Below are positions 55,645 through 57,174 of a DNA stretch of 57,174 nucleotides, piece after piece. Each line of letters begins with the position of its first letter. The first letter of the stretch is position 1. Origin of the DNA: an uncultured Deinococcales bacterium. Its GTDB lineage: Bacteria; Deinococcota; Deinococci; Deinococcales; JAAFIG01. The notes under the pieces are model-generated. The model saw only the letters and a program-made list of their open reading frames with translations, searched no databases and had not been told where the DNA came from. Position numbers and translations under genes: made by a program. The DNA lies in NCBI GenBank assembly GCA_964247135.1, contig CAXTTL010000007.1, forward strand, positions 1-57,174. Direction: 5' to 3'.

Positions 55645-57174
55645 ATGCGCATCACACGGAAACGGATTGTTTCTCGAGTCGGTCGTTCTGTCTCTCGCGC
55701 CAGGCTGGTTCGTACAGGCTTGGTGGCATTAGCCTTCGCTGGAATGGCAGTGATCGCGCAGCAAGTCGCGGTGCGCCTGGTGGGTCGTCAAGCCGACGGT
55801 TCGGTGCTCTTGACCACCAATCAAAGCATCACCCCTGCCGGCAAGCAAGTCGAGTTCGATGGTCGCGCCAACGCGATGGCGCTCTCGCCCGACAAGAAAA
55901 CCGCCGCCGTGCTGAATGGCAACGCCCAGGCGATTGTATTGATTGACCTCGAGACGGGCAAGGTCAAACAAATTTTTGACAAGGTTGGCGGCAGCGCCTC
56001 TTATGACGGCATTCTGTACTCGAGCGACGGCAAAAAACTTTACGCCTCGCAGACGGGTCGAATCGTGATCGCCAATGTGCAAACCGATGGAACTTTGGCA
56101 CTCGAGAAACTGATCGAAGTGCCGCGCACCACCGCGTACTTTGCGGGCACCAGCCCCAGCAGCTACCCAGGGGGCATGGCACTCTCGCAGGATCAAAAAA
56201 CGCTTTACGTGGCACTCTCGAGGAACAACGCGCTCGGGGTGCTCGACCTAGGCAGCAACCGTTGGACGGCTCAAATTCCCGTGGGCAATGCGCCGCACAC
56301 GGTCATCGTTGATGGAAACACCGCCTATGTCAGCAATCAGGGCGGACGACCCGCCAAAGCTGGCGACAACACCGTCAACTCGAGCGGCACAAACATCGTG
56401 GCGGACAAGACCTCCGGTTTTGCCAACGCGGGTACGGTGTCGGTGGTGAACCTCGAGACCTTGCGCCAAACAAACAGCATCAAGGTCGGTCATCAACCCA
56501 CGGCGTTGCTGCTGGATGGGCAACGTCTGTTTGTCACCAACTCCAACAGCGACACGGTTTCGGTGATTGACACCCAAGGCAACAAGCTCGAGCGCACGAT
56601 TGCGGTCAAACCATTTGCGGGGGCAAAACTCGGCAGCAGCCCGAATGGACTGGCATTGATCGGCGAGAATCGTCTGGCGGTGTCGCTGGGGCGCAACAAT
56701 GCGGTTGCGATTTACACCGTGCCAACCAAGCCAAGCGAAGCCGTGCTGTTTGAAGGTCTTGTGCCTGTCGGATTCTACCCGACCGCCGTCGCCAGCGACG
56801 GCACACACCTGCTGGCACTCAATGGTCGCGGTGTGGGTGCGCTCGGACCAGAGCGTGTGGGCGGACCCGACCCCGCCACCAACAAGAAAGCCAAAAGCGT
56901 GTACTCGGTGGTCTCGAGCCTTTCGATCATTGACCACCCAAGTCTCGAGCAACTGAAGAATTACACCGCGCAAGTCCTTCAAAACAACGCCTGGAACGCG
57001 ATCCCGTCCGAAAAACGTGGCGACTCGAACGCTGCGCCCGTCGCCATTCCAAACCGTCTGGGCGAACCGAGTCTGTTCAAGCACGTGTTTTACATCATCA
57101 AAGAAAACCGCACCTACGACCAACTGCTGGGCGACGTGAAGGAGGGCAACGGCGACCCGAACATCGTGCAATTT
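55645..57174 (+). CDS. YVTN beta-propeller / phosphoesterase (alkaline-phosphatase-like) protein, truncated by window end
   Basis: Not in the ORF track. Manual translation of the ends gives MRITRKRIVS...TNQSITPAG and ...FKHVFYIIKENRTYDQLLGD; internal IPVGNAP, IKVGHQP, LFVTNSNSDTVSVID propeller blades. Confidence 0.85.
   Translation, partial: MRITRKRIVSRVGRSVSRARLVRTGLVALAFAGMAVIAQQVAVRLVGRQADGSVLLTTNQSITPAGKQVEFDGRANAMALSPDKKTAAVLNGNAQAIVLIDLETGKVKQIFDKVGGSASYDGILYSSDGKKLYASQTGRIVIANVQTDGTLALEKLIEVPRTTAYFAGTSPSSYPGGMALSQDQKTLYVALSRNNALGVLDLGSNRWTAQIPVGNAPHTVIVDGNTAYVSNQGGRPAKAGDNTVNSSGTNIVADKTSGFANAGTVSVVNLETLRQTNSIKVGHQPTALLLDGQRLFVTNSNSDTVSVIDTQGNKLERTIAVKPFAGAKLGSSPNGLALIGENRLAVSLGRNNAVAIYTVPTKPSEAVLFEGLVPVGFYPTAVASDGTHLLALNGRGVGALGPERVGGPDPATNKKAKSVYSVVSSLSIIDHPSLEQLKNYTAQVLQNNAWNAIPSEKRGDSNAAPVAIPNRLGEPSLFKHVFYIIKENRTYDQLLGDVKEGNGDPNIVQF

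Noticed and set aside
56248-57171. 307-aa minus-strand ORF
   Set aside because: Antisense shadow of the beta-propeller/phosphoesterase gene running off the window end

Overview
Bacterial genomic window, about 55-58% GC by eye, gene-dense, with about 50 CDS. A Deinococcota-like origin is inferred from protein style (DUF4388-like protein, SBPs without lipoboxes) and is not proven. No rRNA, tRNA, CRISPR array or transposase was seen. Positions 1-7.8 kb hold a peptide-salvage cluster: two SDRs, an M32 carboxypeptidase, an isoaspartyl peptidase and a Dpp-type ABC importer. From about 7.9 kb to the end is a large organophosphorus-scavenging region. It has four more ABC importers, a CpdA/GpdQ-like metallophosphoesterase, three PHP-family hydrolases, two glycerophosphodiester phosphodiesterases, a lipoprotein phospholipase A2, a phosphodiester glycosidase-like protein, ppk1, a PhnP-like MBL hydrolase, a phytase-like protein, an alkaline-phosphatase-superfamily enzyme and a truncated beta-propeller/phosphoesterase. 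Many of their promoters share a Pho-box-like TGACA-N6-TGACA repeat. Embedded in it are a DUF3299-like/ABC/PHP/HupE-UreJ putative metal-loading module, a TelA-vWA-solute-binding-XpaC-like operon, a glycogen phosphorylase 3' fragment, a 147-bp MITE with a TAA target duplication, and an AT-richer lipoprotein cluster. The strongest sequence-level signals are extreme iteration of the palindrome CTCGAG (about 1 per 100 bp in a counted stretch) and near-absence of GGCC except where Trp-Pro codons force it.
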